Below are positions 1-10,517 of a stretch of 64,000 bases of DNA, one piece after another. The position numbers were made by a program, and so were the translations under genes. The stretch lies in NCBI RefSeq assembly GCF_003790525.1, contig NZ_CP033635.1. The stretch is one strand, 5' to 3'. Position 1 is the first letter of the stretch. Each line of letters starts with the position of its first letter. The DNA is from Escherichia coli. GTDB lineage: Bacteria > Pseudomonadota > Gammaproteobacteria > Enterobacterales > Enterobacteriaceae. The notes under the pieces are model-generated. The model worked only from the letters and a program-made list of their open reading frames with translations. It did no database searches and was not told the DNA's origin.

Positions 1-814
1 CTGAGAAAGCGCCATGCGTAAATTTGCCTGTCTCGTAATCAAACTGTCCATGTAGCCAGGCGCAGGGATAGGTATTCAGATAGCGCTCATGTTCGCGCGC
101 CATTCCCTGGGGGCAGCAGAGGAGAATGTATTCACCATCAAGGGCGAAAAGATCAGGACATTCCCACATGTATCCTGCGTTATCAATTTCATTCAGACCA
201 TTACCAGCAATTTCTCCATGAAAAGACCAGGTATAGAGATCGACAGAGGAATACAGCAGCACTTTCCCCCGTTTCTCTTTATCTTGCGCGCCAAGCACCA
301 TGTACCATCGGCTGTTGTGCTTCCAGACTTTTGGATCACGAACATGTCCGGTGTAACCATCAGGTAACGGTATGACAGGGCCTAATTTATCAAACCCGCC
401 CTGGTTATTTTCGGTGGCCAGACATTGCCATGCCGTTCTGCTGCCATCATCAAACTTAACATTACCGGTATAGCAAAGTGTGAGAACGCCCTGATTATTA
501 ACCGCGCTTCCTGAGTAACAACCATTACGGTCATACTCTTTATCGGGCATTAGCGCTAATGGTTCATGCTGCCAGTGCAATAAATCCGTCGAACTCCAGT
601 GCCCCCAACATTTGTACTTATGATTACAATCCAATGGATTCCACTGATAAAACAGATGATAGCGGCCTCCTGACCAGCAAAAGCCATTTGGATCGTTCAT
701 TAGTCCGGTGACGGGAGCGAGATGCCAACAAGGATAGTGGGCATCTGCCTGTGCTTTGGACTGACCTTTCATCACTGCCTGTAAAATCGCGGGCATTTGT
801 GAAGGCATCGACAT
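1..814 (-). CDS. scrB: sucrose-6-phosphate hydrolase (GH32 invertase); N-terminal part only, gene runs off the window start
   Basis: Minus-strand frame open from 814 down to position 1; translation begins MSMPSQMPAILQAVMKGQSKAQADAHYPCWH; ATG overlaps the scrA stop (TAATG). Absent from the ORF track because no stop lies in the window. Confidence 0.75.
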   Translation of the reverse strand, partial: MSMPSQMPAILQAVMKGQSKAQADAHYPCWHLAPVTGLMNDPNGFCWSGGRYHLFYQWNPLDCNHKYKCWGHWSSTDLLHWQHEPLALMPDKEYDRNGCYSGSAVNNQGVLTLCYTGNVKFDDGSRTAWQCLATENNQGGFDKLGPVIPLPDGYTGHVRDPKVWKHNSRWYMVLGAQDKEKRGKVLLYSSVDLYTWSFHGEIAGNGLNEIDNAGYMWECPDLFALDGEYILLCCPQGMAREHERYLNTYPCAWLHGQFDYETGKFTHGAFS

Positions 815-2184
815 TACTCCTCGTCTGTTTTGTATTTGAGCAATAAAGAGAGACTAAAAGCGACAGCGAAAGCAATCACCATTCCAATAATATAATTAAC
901 CAACGATGTTGGCTGAACGATTGCCATGCCGGGTATTGCGGTCAGACCAACGGCAGTCATATAAACGTGAACAGAGACAACCCAGGCACCGCCGGCAGCG
1001 CCACCAATTAAGGCCGCAATAAAAGGTTTAACAAAACGAAGGTTGATACCAAAAATAGCGGCTTCAGTAATCCCTAACATTGCGGAAAAAGCCGAGGGTA
1101 GGGTGATTGCTTTAATTTTTGTATCTTTGGTTTTAAACCATACCGCCAGACATGCACCGCCTTGCGCAACGTTTGCCATTGCCCAAATAGGCAGCAGGAA
1201 ATTAACACCGATTGCAGGGTTACCTAAAAGTCCTGCTTCAATTGCGTGGAAGCTATGATGAATACCCGTAATAACAATCGCTGAATATAGCCCGCCGAAT
1301 AACAACCCCGCTAACCAGCCAGCGTGTGCAATCAGCGTGCTGAGAACGAAAGAGATACCATCACCTAACGCTCGCCCTGCCGGACCAATAATTAAAAGAG
1401 CGATAAAGCCAGAAATGACGACAGTCAGAAATGGCGTCAGAATGAGATCCAGAGCATCAGGGATAAACCTGCGTAACTGTTTTTCCACTATGCTCATAAA
1501 CCATACTGCCAGAAGCACGGGGAAAACCGTTCCCTGATAGCCAATCATGGCGATTTCAAAACCGAAGAAGTTCATTGTCTGAAATCCCGCAGCAACGCCC
1601 CAGGCATTTGTGAGTGCCGGGTGAGTCAGAATCCCTCCTAATGTCGCGCCAAGATAAGGATTTCCACCAAATTCACGAGCAGCAGTAAAGCCAATCAGGA
1701 TGGGGAGAATAATAAATGCGGCTGAACTGCACATATCCAGCAGGATATAAATCGCATTATCGGCATTCACCCAGCCATATGTTTTCACCATTCCCAGAAG
1801 CCCCATTAATAAACCAGAAGCAACAATGGCAGGAATGATGGGGACAAAAATATTAGAAAGCAGCCGTGCTATTCGCTGAAAAGGATTGAGTTTTTGAGCG
1901 GCGAGTCGAGCGGTATCTGCTTTACTGGATTCGCTAATACCCGCAACCTGAATAAAGGCAGCATAGACTTTATTAACCACGCCGGTGCCAAAGATGATCT
2001 GCATTTGCCCTGAATTACGAAAACAACCTTTCACTCCATCAATCTGGCCAATGGCATGTTGATCGGCAAGTGTGTCGTCAACCAGTACCAGCCGTAGGCG
2101 AGTGGCGCAATGTGCTGCACTGGCGATGTTCTCCTTACCACCTAATAAAGGAAGCAACGATTGGGCGATTTTATCGAAATCCAT
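814..2184 (-). CDS. scrA: PTS sucrose-specific EIIBC component
   Basis: 456 aa ORF; N-terminal EIIB-like motif (MDFDKIAQSLLPLLGGKENI...CATRLR) followed by a polytopic membrane domain. Confidence 0.85.
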   Translation of the reverse strand: MDFDKIAQSLLPLLGGKENIASAAHCATRLRLVLVDDTLADQHAIGQIDGVKGCFRNSGQMQIIFGTGVVNKVYAAFIQVAGISESSKADTARLAAQKLNPFQRIARLLSNIFVPIIPAIVASGLLMGLLGMVKTYGWVNADNAIYILLDMCSSAAFIILPILIGFTAAREFGGNPYLGATLGGILTHPALTNAWGVAAGFQTMNFFGFEIAMIGYQGTVFPVLLAVWFMSIVEKQLRRFIPDALDLILTPFLTVVISGFIALLIIGPAGRALGDGISFVLSTLIAHAGWLAGLLFGGLYSAIVITGIHHSFHAIEAGLLGNPAIGVNFLLPIWAMANVAQGGACLAVWFKTKDTKIKAITLPSAFSAMLGITEAAIFGINLRFVKPFIAALIGGAAGGAWVVSVHVYMTAVGLTAIPGMAIVQPTSLVNYIIGMVIAFAVAFSLSLLLKYKTDEE

Positions 2185-2244
2185 ATAACCCTCTAATTCA
2201 TTGTTATTTCAGTAAAAGCCTCACATTCGTGAGGCTGTCTGGTA

Positions 2245-3786
<1,542 letters not shown>

Positions 3787-3806
3787 TTATAAAAATTGCT
3801 AAAATG

Positions 3807-3820
3807 CTAAACCGGTTTAG
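3807..3820. promoter_or_regulatory. perfect 14-bp palindrome CTAAACCGGTTTAG, candidate ScrR (LacI-family) operator upstream of scrY
   Basis: Perfect inverted repeat read directly from the sequence in the scrK-scrY intergenic region. Confidence 0.5.
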
Positions 3821-3865
3821 GTGTTGATAATAAAGCTGACTTTTTAGCCAGAGCAATTATTTTCG

Positions 3866-3879
3866 CTAAACCGATTTAG
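3866..3879. promoter_or_regulatory. second operator-like near-palindrome CTAAACCGATTTAG
   Basis: One-mismatch copy of the 3807-3820 palindrome, 59 bp away in the same intergenic region. Confidence 0.45.
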
Positions 3880-3929
3880 TAAATGTGACAGGCACGACAA
3901 ATCGGGTTACAGATACAACAGCAGGATCA

Positions 3930-4850
3930 CTATTGTGAAGGGAGATCGTGTTGTCGGGGTAAGGCGGTTATCGCGCCTTTAGCCGTGGTCGCCAGAGCAC
4001 CACAAATCTGAGCTTGTGCAATGATTCGTTCAAGCTGTCTGGTATTTGTTGGTATTCCAGAATCAGCCAGACCTGCAAGTAATCCAGCGACAAAAGCATC
4101 TCCTGCCCCGGTCGTATCGACGACAGAAACAGGTTTGGCGGGATAGTGGATAAACTGCCCCTGAAAATACACAAGTACGCCATTTTTTCCTTGTGTAATA
4201 AGCAATAAAGTCAACGAATAACGTTGTACTAATGAATATGCGCCTTGCTGAACCTGGCTTTCGCCACTGATGAATAGCAACTCTTCTTCGGACAATTTAG
4301 CGATATTCGCCAGCGAAAGTGCGCGATCAAGGTATTTCCTTAATAGCGCTTCACTCTGCCAGAGATCGCTGCGGATATTGGGATCAAAACTGATGTTTCC
4401 GCCAGCCTGACGTATTTTCTCCATAGCCAGAAATGCGGTACTTCGGGAAGGTTCTGCACTGAGCGCAATGGAACAAAGATGGAGCCATTCACCCGGCCCA
4501 AATGCAGGAAGGTCACCAGGTTGTAAAAAAAGATCGGCACTTGGGCGTACCATAAAGGTAAAGTTTCTTTCTCCTTGCTCATCAAGTCCTACAGCCACAA
4601 TTGAGGTGCGTTGTTGAGGATCAAGAGACATATAATGTGTATCAACATTTTCTGTACTCAGTGTCTGATACATAAAGCGACCGAAAGGATCATCGCCAAC
4701 TTTGCCAATAAAGGCACTTTTCCCCCCCAGCCTTGCGATACCGACTGCAACATTAGCAGGCGCCCCGCCAGGACACTGTAGTAGTCTCCCCTGGCTTTCG
4801 GGTAATAAATCAACAACCGCATCACCGAGTACCCATACTCTTGCGCTCAT
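3930..4850 (-). CDS. scrK: fructokinase (PfkB/ribokinase family)
   Basis: 306 aa ORF with N-terminal GDAVVD and C-terminal DTTGAGDAF motifs. Confidence 0.85.
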   Translation of the reverse strand: MSARVWVLGDAVVDLLPESQGRLLQCPGGAPANVAVGIARLGGKSAFIGKVGDDPFGRFMYQTLSTENVDTHYMSLDPQQRTSIVAVGLDEQGERNFTFMVRPSADLFLQPGDLPAFGPGEWLHLCSIALSAEPSRSTAFLAMEKIRQAGGNISFDPNIRSDLWQSEALLRKYLDRALSLANIAKLSEEELLFISGESQVQQGAYSLVQRYSLTLLLITQGKNGVLVYFQGQFIHYPAKPVSVVDTTGAGDAFVAGLLAGLADSGIPTNTRQLERIIAQAQICGALATTAKGAITALPRQHDLPSQ

Positions 4851-4867
4851 AAAGGCTCCAATATACT

Positions 4868-4900
4868 AATTGCTAAACTAATTAAATCGGTTTAGCAATT
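4868..4900. promoter_or_regulatory. 33-bp inverted repeat AATTGCTAAAC-N11-GTTTAGCAATT containing a third operator-like copy (TTAAATCGGTTTAG), upstream of scrK
   Basis: Inverted repeat read from the sequence 18 bp upstream of the scrK start codon; shares the GCTAAAC/GTTTAGC half-sites with the two scrY-proximal palindromes. Confidence 0.4.
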
Positions 4901-5014
4901 AAAGCATAAACGCTGCTCAGGAGAGAACAATATTCAGCAGTGGTTACCCGGTATTTTGTGGTGGAAACGTGAATATGCCGGGATTAATCATCTACCCGGC
5001 ACTGTTTATCTCAC

Positions 5015-6493
5015 TTACGCATTCGACCAGCTCTGGATCGAATCTTCATTCCCCAGCTCACCATGCATCACTTCATACGATTTTTTCAGGATCACATCAG
5101 TGTGCTTGGTTAGGTCTTTGAAAATGCCTTTATTCATCGCGTCGTAGCGTTTGGCGTTGCTCTCAACAGGCATAAAGATATCTTTCACGCGAACCATTTT
5201 GTCGACAGCCGTTGCGTAATCCGGGTATAGCCCCAGACCTGCCGCCGTATTGATCGCAGCCCCCAGACTTGCACAACCATTAATGGCGTTTCGGCGTGCC
5301 GGAAGGTTGAACACGTCGGCAAAAATCTGCATAAACAGATCGCTGTTCGAACCGCCGCCAGTAATGATCACATGCTTTGCAAAGTGATTCATTTCATTAC
5401 ACATATTGTCGTAATTGTTCTTCAGCGTCAGCGCCACGCTTTCCAGTATCGAACGATATATCCATGCGTAATCCATGCTGGAATCAAAGCCGATCATAAT
5501 CCCGCGTTTGTATGGTTCCCACGGATTGGTCAGCCAGTCCAGCACCGTCATCAGACCATTACAGCCAGGCGGCACACAAGACGCTTTTTTGTTGAGCAAA
5601 TCTTCCGGTGAAAGATCCTGTGCTTTGGCATCCTGAATTAACGACTCGCCTAGCATGTCGCGTAGCCAGCTCACCGTCCACATGCCTTTGCGAATACCGT
5701 AACCTTCATACAGCAAGGTTTGCGGAATAGAAGACATAATCGGCCAGTACGCTACCGGATCTTTCGGCAGTGCTTTGCCGTTCATCATCAACGCGATGTA
5801 AGTGCCAAGAGAAATTACCGCCGTTTCATCATCCAGTAACCCTGCTCCCAGTGCTTCTACCGGTTTATCACTGGTGGTACAAACAACGGGCAGTCCAACC
5901 GGGAAATGTGTCGCCAGCGCGGCTTGTGGTGTGATATGCCCAAGAACAGTGCCCGGCATTTGCACATCAAAAAGCATCTGTCGGGGAATATTAAACTTCT
6001 CCATTACCGCGGTATCTTCGCTCCATGCCCAGGTCTTATAATCCACCGGCCACTGACCAAAATAGTTGGCGATATTGTCTTTAAACTCGCCGGTTAAACG
6101 GTGTGTCAGATAACCTGAAAAAGAGGTGACATATGCCACATCAGGATTGGTGTGCTCGTAGGGACGTGTAACGCGTGCATCCTGCCAGCTAATCAACGGC
6201 GCAGCTGGCGTGCCATCGGCTTTCAATAACGCACGGCAGCAACGGATGGATCCCAGACCAATACCGACAATATCTTCTTTATTTCCGGCAAACTGACTCA
6301 TCAAATCGTGACCGGCAAAACATAATGATGCCCATAAATCGTCGTCAGGATGTTCTGCGGTATCGGCATCTGGCGTGTGCATCGGCTGCAATAAGCCTTT
6401 GCCTTCGCAAACCACATTACCTTCCAGATCATACATCACCACTTTTGTGCTCTGACTTCCGCCATCAATCCCTATGATGTATTTTTTCGACAT
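5015..6493 (-). CDS. ygcE: FGGY-family sugar (pentulose/hexulose) kinase
   Basis: 492 aa ORF, N-terminal IGIDGGSQSTK actin-fold kinase motif. Confidence 0.85.
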   Translation of the reverse strand: MSKKYIIGIDGGSQSTKVVMYDLEGNVVCEGKGLLQPMHTPDADTAEHPDDDLWASLCFAGHDLMSQFAGNKEDIVGIGLGSIRCCRALLKADGTPAAPLISWQDARVTRPYEHTNPDVAYVTSFSGYLTHRLTGEFKDNIANYFGQWPVDYKTWAWSEDTAVMEKFNIPRQMLFDVQMPGTVLGHITPQAALATHFPVGLPVVCTTSDKPVEALGAGLLDDETAVISLGTYIALMMNGKALPKDPVAYWPIMSSIPQTLLYEGYGIRKGMWTVSWLRDMLGESLIQDAKAQDLSPEDLLNKKASCVPPGCNGLMTVLDWLTNPWEPYKRGIMIGFDSSMDYAWIYRSILESVALTLKNNYDNMCNEMNHFAKHVIITGGGSNSDLFMQIFADVFNLPARRNAINGCASLGAAINTAAGLGLYPDYATAVDKMVRVKDIFMPVESNAKRYDAMNKGIFKDLTKHTDVILKKSYEVMHGELGNEDSIQSWSNA

Positions 6494-6519
6494 GATTTTT
6501 CTCCTGTAATTTTCTGGAC

Positions 6520-7797
6520 TTACTTGCTGCTAGCCATAGCAGGGGCGCTATCAGCAGTACGAATTTTTTGGAACAGCAAAAAGGTAAAGATGATCACCAT
6601 GGCAAGCGCCGCCATGCCCATTAGCCACATGTTGCGGTAGGCTTCTGCAGCGGGCAGGGTGTCTTGCCAGTGGCCGATAATCGGGTAAACGAAGACATCC
6701 GGCAGGAATCCAATCACCGAACAAATACCTACCGTGGTGCCCATAATGTAAGACGGTGTTCTCGCTTCGCCGGGGCAGGCCCAGTACAGTCCACGTGAGG
6801 CGTAGCAGGTGAATCCCAGTAGTAAAATCAGGCCAATCCCCATAGCGACCGATTGCGGGTTAGAGTTGGTAACAAGCAGGGCAGTCAGTGCCAGCAGGCC
6901 GATGATGGAAAGGATTTGAATTACGCGGGTAGGGGATTTCACTTTACTGTAGGTGGTGATAATGCCGCCAAGTGGACCACACAGCGCGCGGAAGATTTTG
7001 TTGATCACAATCCCCATGTAGCTCGCCGCCACCAGCGACATGCCGTACATTTCGGTGAGATAGTTGGTGGAGTAACTCAGAATGGCGTAGATGGTGAAGA
7101 CGCCAAAAATCACCATGCTGCAATACCAGGTGGTGCTGATGCGCAAAACAGCCAGGATGTCGCTAAGCTGGAATGATTGTTTTTCTTCGTTATTGGCACT
7201 GCGCAGGTTGTTGTTATCGCTAACAAAAAACCAGCACAGAATCCCCAACAAGATGTAAACCACACTATAGATGATAATGACCGTTTTCAGGCTGGCGCTG
7301 TCATCCGGTGCAAAGCGAGAAAAGACCCACATGGTAAACACCGCCAGCGACATTACACCGACGCCGCGCAGCCCTTCCATCCAGCCCATAATTTTCCCTT
7401 GCTCGCTATGATCGCCCAGCAACGATGCGGCTTTAATCGACACCGACCACAGCATTAAAATCGTCGTTATCGCAAAGGCAACCTGAATACAGAGCATTAC
7501 CCACAGCGGTGGATAAGTTGCCATTAACAGACCCAGTAATCCGGTAATGATCATCGCGGAAGTAATCATTTTGCGATGTGAGAATTTATCGGCAATAACG
7601 CCACTGGGCGCATAAAGAATAATAGCTGCAATACCAAAGGTACTCATTATTAAACCTATCTCGGTATTGCTGAATCCCATAAATTTCGCCATGGGAATTT
7701 GATAAATATAACGTAAATAAGCCAGGTCGAAACTAACGCCGCCGCTAAAACTAATTATCGCGAGGGTTATCCAACGGCGATATGAGTTGTGTTGCAT
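6520..7797 (-). CDS. yqcE: MFS transporter
   Basis: 425 aa ORF, 12-TM-like hydrophobic profile; 27 bp upstream of ygcE on the same strand. Confidence 0.8.
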   Translation of the reverse strand: MQHNSYRRWITLAIISFSGGVSFDLAYLRYIYQIPMAKFMGFSNTEIGLIMSTFGIAAIILYAPSGVIADKFSHRKMITSAMIITGLLGLLMATYPPLWVMLCIQVAFAITTILMLWSVSIKAASLLGDHSEQGKIMGWMEGLRGVGVMSLAVFTMWVFSRFAPDDSASLKTVIIIYSVVYILLGILCWFFVSDNNNLRSANNEEKQSFQLSDILAVLRISTTWYCSMVIFGVFTIYAILSYSTNYLTEMYGMSLVAASYMGIVINKIFRALCGPLGGIITTYSKVKSPTRVIQILSIIGLLALTALLVTNSNPQSVAMGIGLILLLGFTCYASRGLYWACPGEARTPSYIMGTTVGICSVIGFLPDVFVYPIIGHWQDTLPAAEAYRNMWLMGMAALAMVIIFTFLLFQKIRTADSAPAMASSK

Positions 7798-7821
7798 ATC
7801 GTATTCCCATTTGTAATAGAC

Positions 7822-7869
7822 AAAAAAAAGAGAAAAGTAAGCCGCCCTTTCAGGTGGATTACTTTTCTC
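7822..7869 (-). terminator. leader hairpin plus U8 tract 24 nt upstream of the yqcE start (candidate attenuator/terminator)
   Basis: 11-bp stem GAGAAAAGTAA / TTACTTTTCTC (7830-7840 / 7859-7869) followed on the minus strand by eight U (7822-7829). Confidence 0.5.
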
Positions 7870-7972
7870 AGGTCTCTAGTAATTGCAATAAGAAATAACA
7901 TGGAAAGCAGTGGTGTTGTGTGAGAGTAGTCACGCTTCTGCTTTTTAAAATTATTTGACAATACGAATATCA

Positions 7973-7994
7973 CACTGTGATTACGATCACATTA
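7973..7994. promoter_or_regulatory. CRP-type binding site (TGTGA-N6-TCACA) in the divergent yqcE/ygcW control region
   Basis: TGTGA at 7976-7980, 6-bp spacer, TCACA at 7987-7991: a perfect CRP core consensus. Confidence 0.55.
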
Positions 7995-8043
7995 GCGCTT
8001 ATGCCCTTATGCTAAAAATTATCTCCAGTTACCAGAGATAATG

Positions 8044-8090
8044 AGAAAGGTAACTTCCCTCTCGCGGGGGAAGTTACCTTTCTTTTTTTT
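8044..8090 (+). terminator. leader hairpin plus T8 tract 24 nt upstream of the ygcW start (candidate attenuator/terminator)
   Basis: 15-16 bp stem GAGAAAGGTAACTTCCC / GGGAAGTTACCTTTC (8043-8059 / 8068-8082), 8-nt loop, then TTTTTTTT (8083-8090). Confidence 0.55.
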
Positions 8091-8114
8091 GCTTTACGGA
8101 AATTGGAGTTAACT

Positions 8115-8900
8115 ATGTCAATCGAATCTCTCAATGCGTTCTCAATGGATTTTTTCTCCCTGAAAGGTAAAACAGCAATTGTTACCGGCGGGAATAGCGG
8201 TTTAGGCCAGGCATTTGCCATGGCGTTGGCCAAAGCTGGCGCAAATGTCTTTATCCCTAGCTTCGTCAAAGATAACGGCGAAACAAAGGAAATGATTGAA
8301 AAACAGGGTGTCGAAGTTGATTTTATGCAGGTGGATATCACCGCAGAAGGCGCGCCGCAGAAGATTATCGCTGCCTGCTGTGAGCGCTTCGGTACCGTAG
8401 ATATTCTGGTTAACAATGCCGGTATTTGTAAGCTGAATAAGGTGCTGGACTTTGGTCGTGCCGACTGGGACCCGATGATTGACGTGAACCTGACCGCCGC
8501 ATTCGAGTTAAGCTATGAAGCTGCAAAAATTATGATCCCGCAGAAAAGCGGTAAAATCATTAATATCTGTTCATTATTCTCTTACTTAGGTGGACAATGG
8601 TCACCTGCATATTCTGCCACTAAACATGCTCTTGCCGGATTCACCAAAGCTTATTGTGATGAACTAGGTCAATATAATATTCAGGTAAATGGTATTGCCC
8701 CTGGATATTACGCTACCGATATCACCCTGGCGACACGCAGTAATCCAGAAACCAATCAGCGCGTTCTTGATCATATTCCAGCAAACCGTTGGGGCGATAC
8801 TCAGGATTTAATGGGCACAGCCATATTTCTCGCAAGTCCGGCATCGAATTATGTCAACGGACATTTATTAGTGGTTGATGGCGGTTATTTAGTGCGCTAA
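8115..8900 (+). CDS. ygcW: short-chain dehydrogenase/reductase (KduD/gluconate 5-dehydrogenase-like)
   Basis: Start moved from the ORF-track TTG (8103) to ATG 8115 (MSIESLNAF..., GGAG Shine-Dalgarno at 8105-8108); TGGNSGLG Rossmann motif. Confidence 0.85.
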   Translation: MSIESLNAFSMDFFSLKGKTAIVTGGNSGLGQAFAMALAKAGANVFIPSFVKDNGETKEMIEKQGVEVDFMQVDITAEGAPQKIIAACCERFGTVDILVNNAGICKLNKVLDFGRADWDPMIDVNLTAAFELSYEAAKIMIPQKSGKIINICSLFSYLGGQWSPAYSATKHALAGFTKAYCDELGQYNIQVNGIAPGYYATDITLATRSNPETNQRVLDHIPANRWGDTQDLMGTAIFLASPASNYVNGHLLVVDGGYLVR

Positions 8901-8969
8901 TCCATAACGGTGGTTTCTGTTTTCTCTTATTAATGATTATTCCATTTTTATTATCAGGAAGGAATTACT

Positions 8970-10424
8970 ATGTCTTTATCTCGCGCAGCGATTGTCGACC
9001 AGCTAAAGGAAATTGTTGGTGCAGATCGCGTAATTACCGATGAAACAGTATTAAAGAAAAACAGTATTGACCGTTTTCGCAAATTTCCGGATATTCATGG
9101 CATTTATACTTTGCCTATTCCGGCAGCGGTCGTAAAACTCGGTTCCACAGAGCAAGTGTCCCGTGTGCTGAATTTTATGAATGCGCACAAAATTAACGGT
9201 GTGCCGCGTACCGGTGCTTCCGCCACTGAAGGCGGGCTGGAAACCGTTGTGGAAAACTCGGTGGTGCTCGACGGCTCTGCCATGAATCAAATCATTAATG
9301 TTGATATTGAGAATATGCAGGCCACGGCGCAATGTGGCGTTCCGCTGGAGGTGCTGGAAAACGCGTTGCGTGAAAAAGGTTACACCACGGGGCATTCACC
9401 GCAATCAAAACCGCTGGCGCAGATGGGCGGCCTGGTAGCAACCCGCAGTATCGGGCAGTTCTCCACACTCTACGGCGCAATCGAAGATATGGTCGTTGGT
9501 CTGGAAGCAGTATTGGCTGATGGCACCGTCACACGTATTAAAAACGTACCACGCCGCGCGGCAGGCCCGGACATTCGTCACATTATCATCGGCAACGAAG
9601 GTGCATTGTGCTATATCACTGAAGTAACAGTGAAAATCTTTAAGTTCACCCCGGAAAACAACCTCTTCTACGGCTATATCCTGGAAGACATGAAAACCGG
9701 CTTCAACATCCTGCGTGAAATCATGGTGGAAGGGTATCGTCCGTCGATCGCTCGTTTGTATGACGTTGAAGATGGCACCCAACACTTCACCCATTTTGCC
9801 GACGGTAAATGTGTGCTGATCTTTATGGCTGAAGGTAACCCTCGCATTGCGAAGGCGACGGGTGAAGGGATTGCTGAAATCGTGGCGCGCTACCCGCAGT
9901 GCCAGCGCGTGGACAGCAAGCTGATCGAAACCTGGTTTAACAACCTGAACTGGGGACCGGATAAAGTGGCTGCCGAACGTGTGCAGATCCTCAAAACCGG
10001 CAACATGGGCTTTACCACCGAAGTGTCCGGCTGCTGGAGCTGCATCCACGAAATCTACGAAAGCGTTATTAACCGTATTCGCACCGAGTTCCCGCACGCC
10101 GACGACATCACCATGCTGGGCGGTCACTCCTCTCATAGCTATCAGAACGGCACCAACATGTACTTCGTCTACGACTACAACGTCGTTGACTGTAAGCCGG
10201 AAGAGGAAATCGACAAGTACCACAATCCGCTCAACAAAATCATTTGCGAAGAAACCATTCGCCTCGGCGGTTCGATGGTGCACCACCACGGTATTGGTAA
10301 ACATCGCGTTCACTGGAGCAAACTGGAACACGGCAGCGCGTGGACGTTGCTGGAAGGGCTGAAAAAACAGTTCGATCCTAACGGCATTATGAATACGGGT
10401 ACTATCTATCCGATTGAAAAATAA
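8970..10424 (+). CDS. ygcU: FAD-linked oxidase (GlcD / alkyl-DHAP synthase-like)
   Basis: 484 aa ORF with FAD-binding PCMH-type domain signature. Confidence 0.85.
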   Translation: MSLSRAAIVDQLKEIVGADRVITDETVLKKNSIDRFRKFPDIHGIYTLPIPAAVVKLGSTEQVSRVLNFMNAHKINGVPRTGASATEGGLETVVENSVVLDGSAMNQIINVDIENMQATAQCGVPLEVLENALREKGYTTGHSPQSKPLAQMGGLVATRSIGQFSTLYGAIEDMVVGLEAVLADGTVTRIKNVPRRAAGPDIRHIIIGNEGALCYITEVTVKIFKFTPENNLFYGYILEDMKTGFNILREIMVEGYRPSIARLYDVEDGTQHFTHFADGKCVLIFMAEGNPRIAKATGEGIAEIVARYPQCQRVDSKLIETWFNNLNWGPDKVAAERVQILKTGNMGFTTEVSGCWSCIHEIYESVINRIRTEFPHADDITMLGGHSSHSYQNGTNMYFVYDYNVVDCKPEEEIDKYHNPLNKIICEETIRLGGSMVHHHGIGKHRVHWSKLEHGSAWTLLEGLKKQFDPNGIMNTGTIYPIEK

Positions 10425-10465
10425 TGTGTGAGGCAGCGTTCCGCGATGACGGGGCGTTGCCTTTT

Positions 10466-10496
10466 CGGCTTCTCAGGCGAGAAGCCGTTCTTATTA
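10466..10496 (+). terminator. intercistronic terminator-like hairpin between ygcU and ygcS
   Basis: 9-bp stem CGGCTTCTC / GAGAAGCCG with loop AGGC, followed by TTCTTATTA. Confidence 0.4.
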
Positions 10497-10517
10497 CCGG
10501 ACAATGAAGGGGTAAAG

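Noticed and set aside
89-367. 92-aa plus-strand ORF at the window start
   Set aside because: Antisense to the scrB invertase reading frame, which is open across this whole segment.
7955-7983. Plus-strand sigma-70 promoter call from a perfect -35 TTGACA at 7955-7960 with TGATTA as -10
   Set aside because: The putative -10 is poor and is actually the left half of the CRP palindrome; the promoter assignment is left open.
8103-8114. TTG, GTG or upstream-Met extended starts proposed by the ORF track for ygcW, ygcS, ygcR, ygcQ, cysH, surE, rpoS, fhlA, hypA, hypC, hycE, queD, ygcN and ygcO
   Set aside because: In each case an internal ATG with a better Shine-Dalgarno and the conserved family N-terminus gives the expected protein length; the extensions run across intergenic or upstream-gene sequence.
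9405-10331. 308-aa minus-strand ORF inside ygcU
   Set aside because: Lies antisense to a well-supported gene and has an atypical composition (H, R and V rich); a shadow ORF of the high-GC coding strand.
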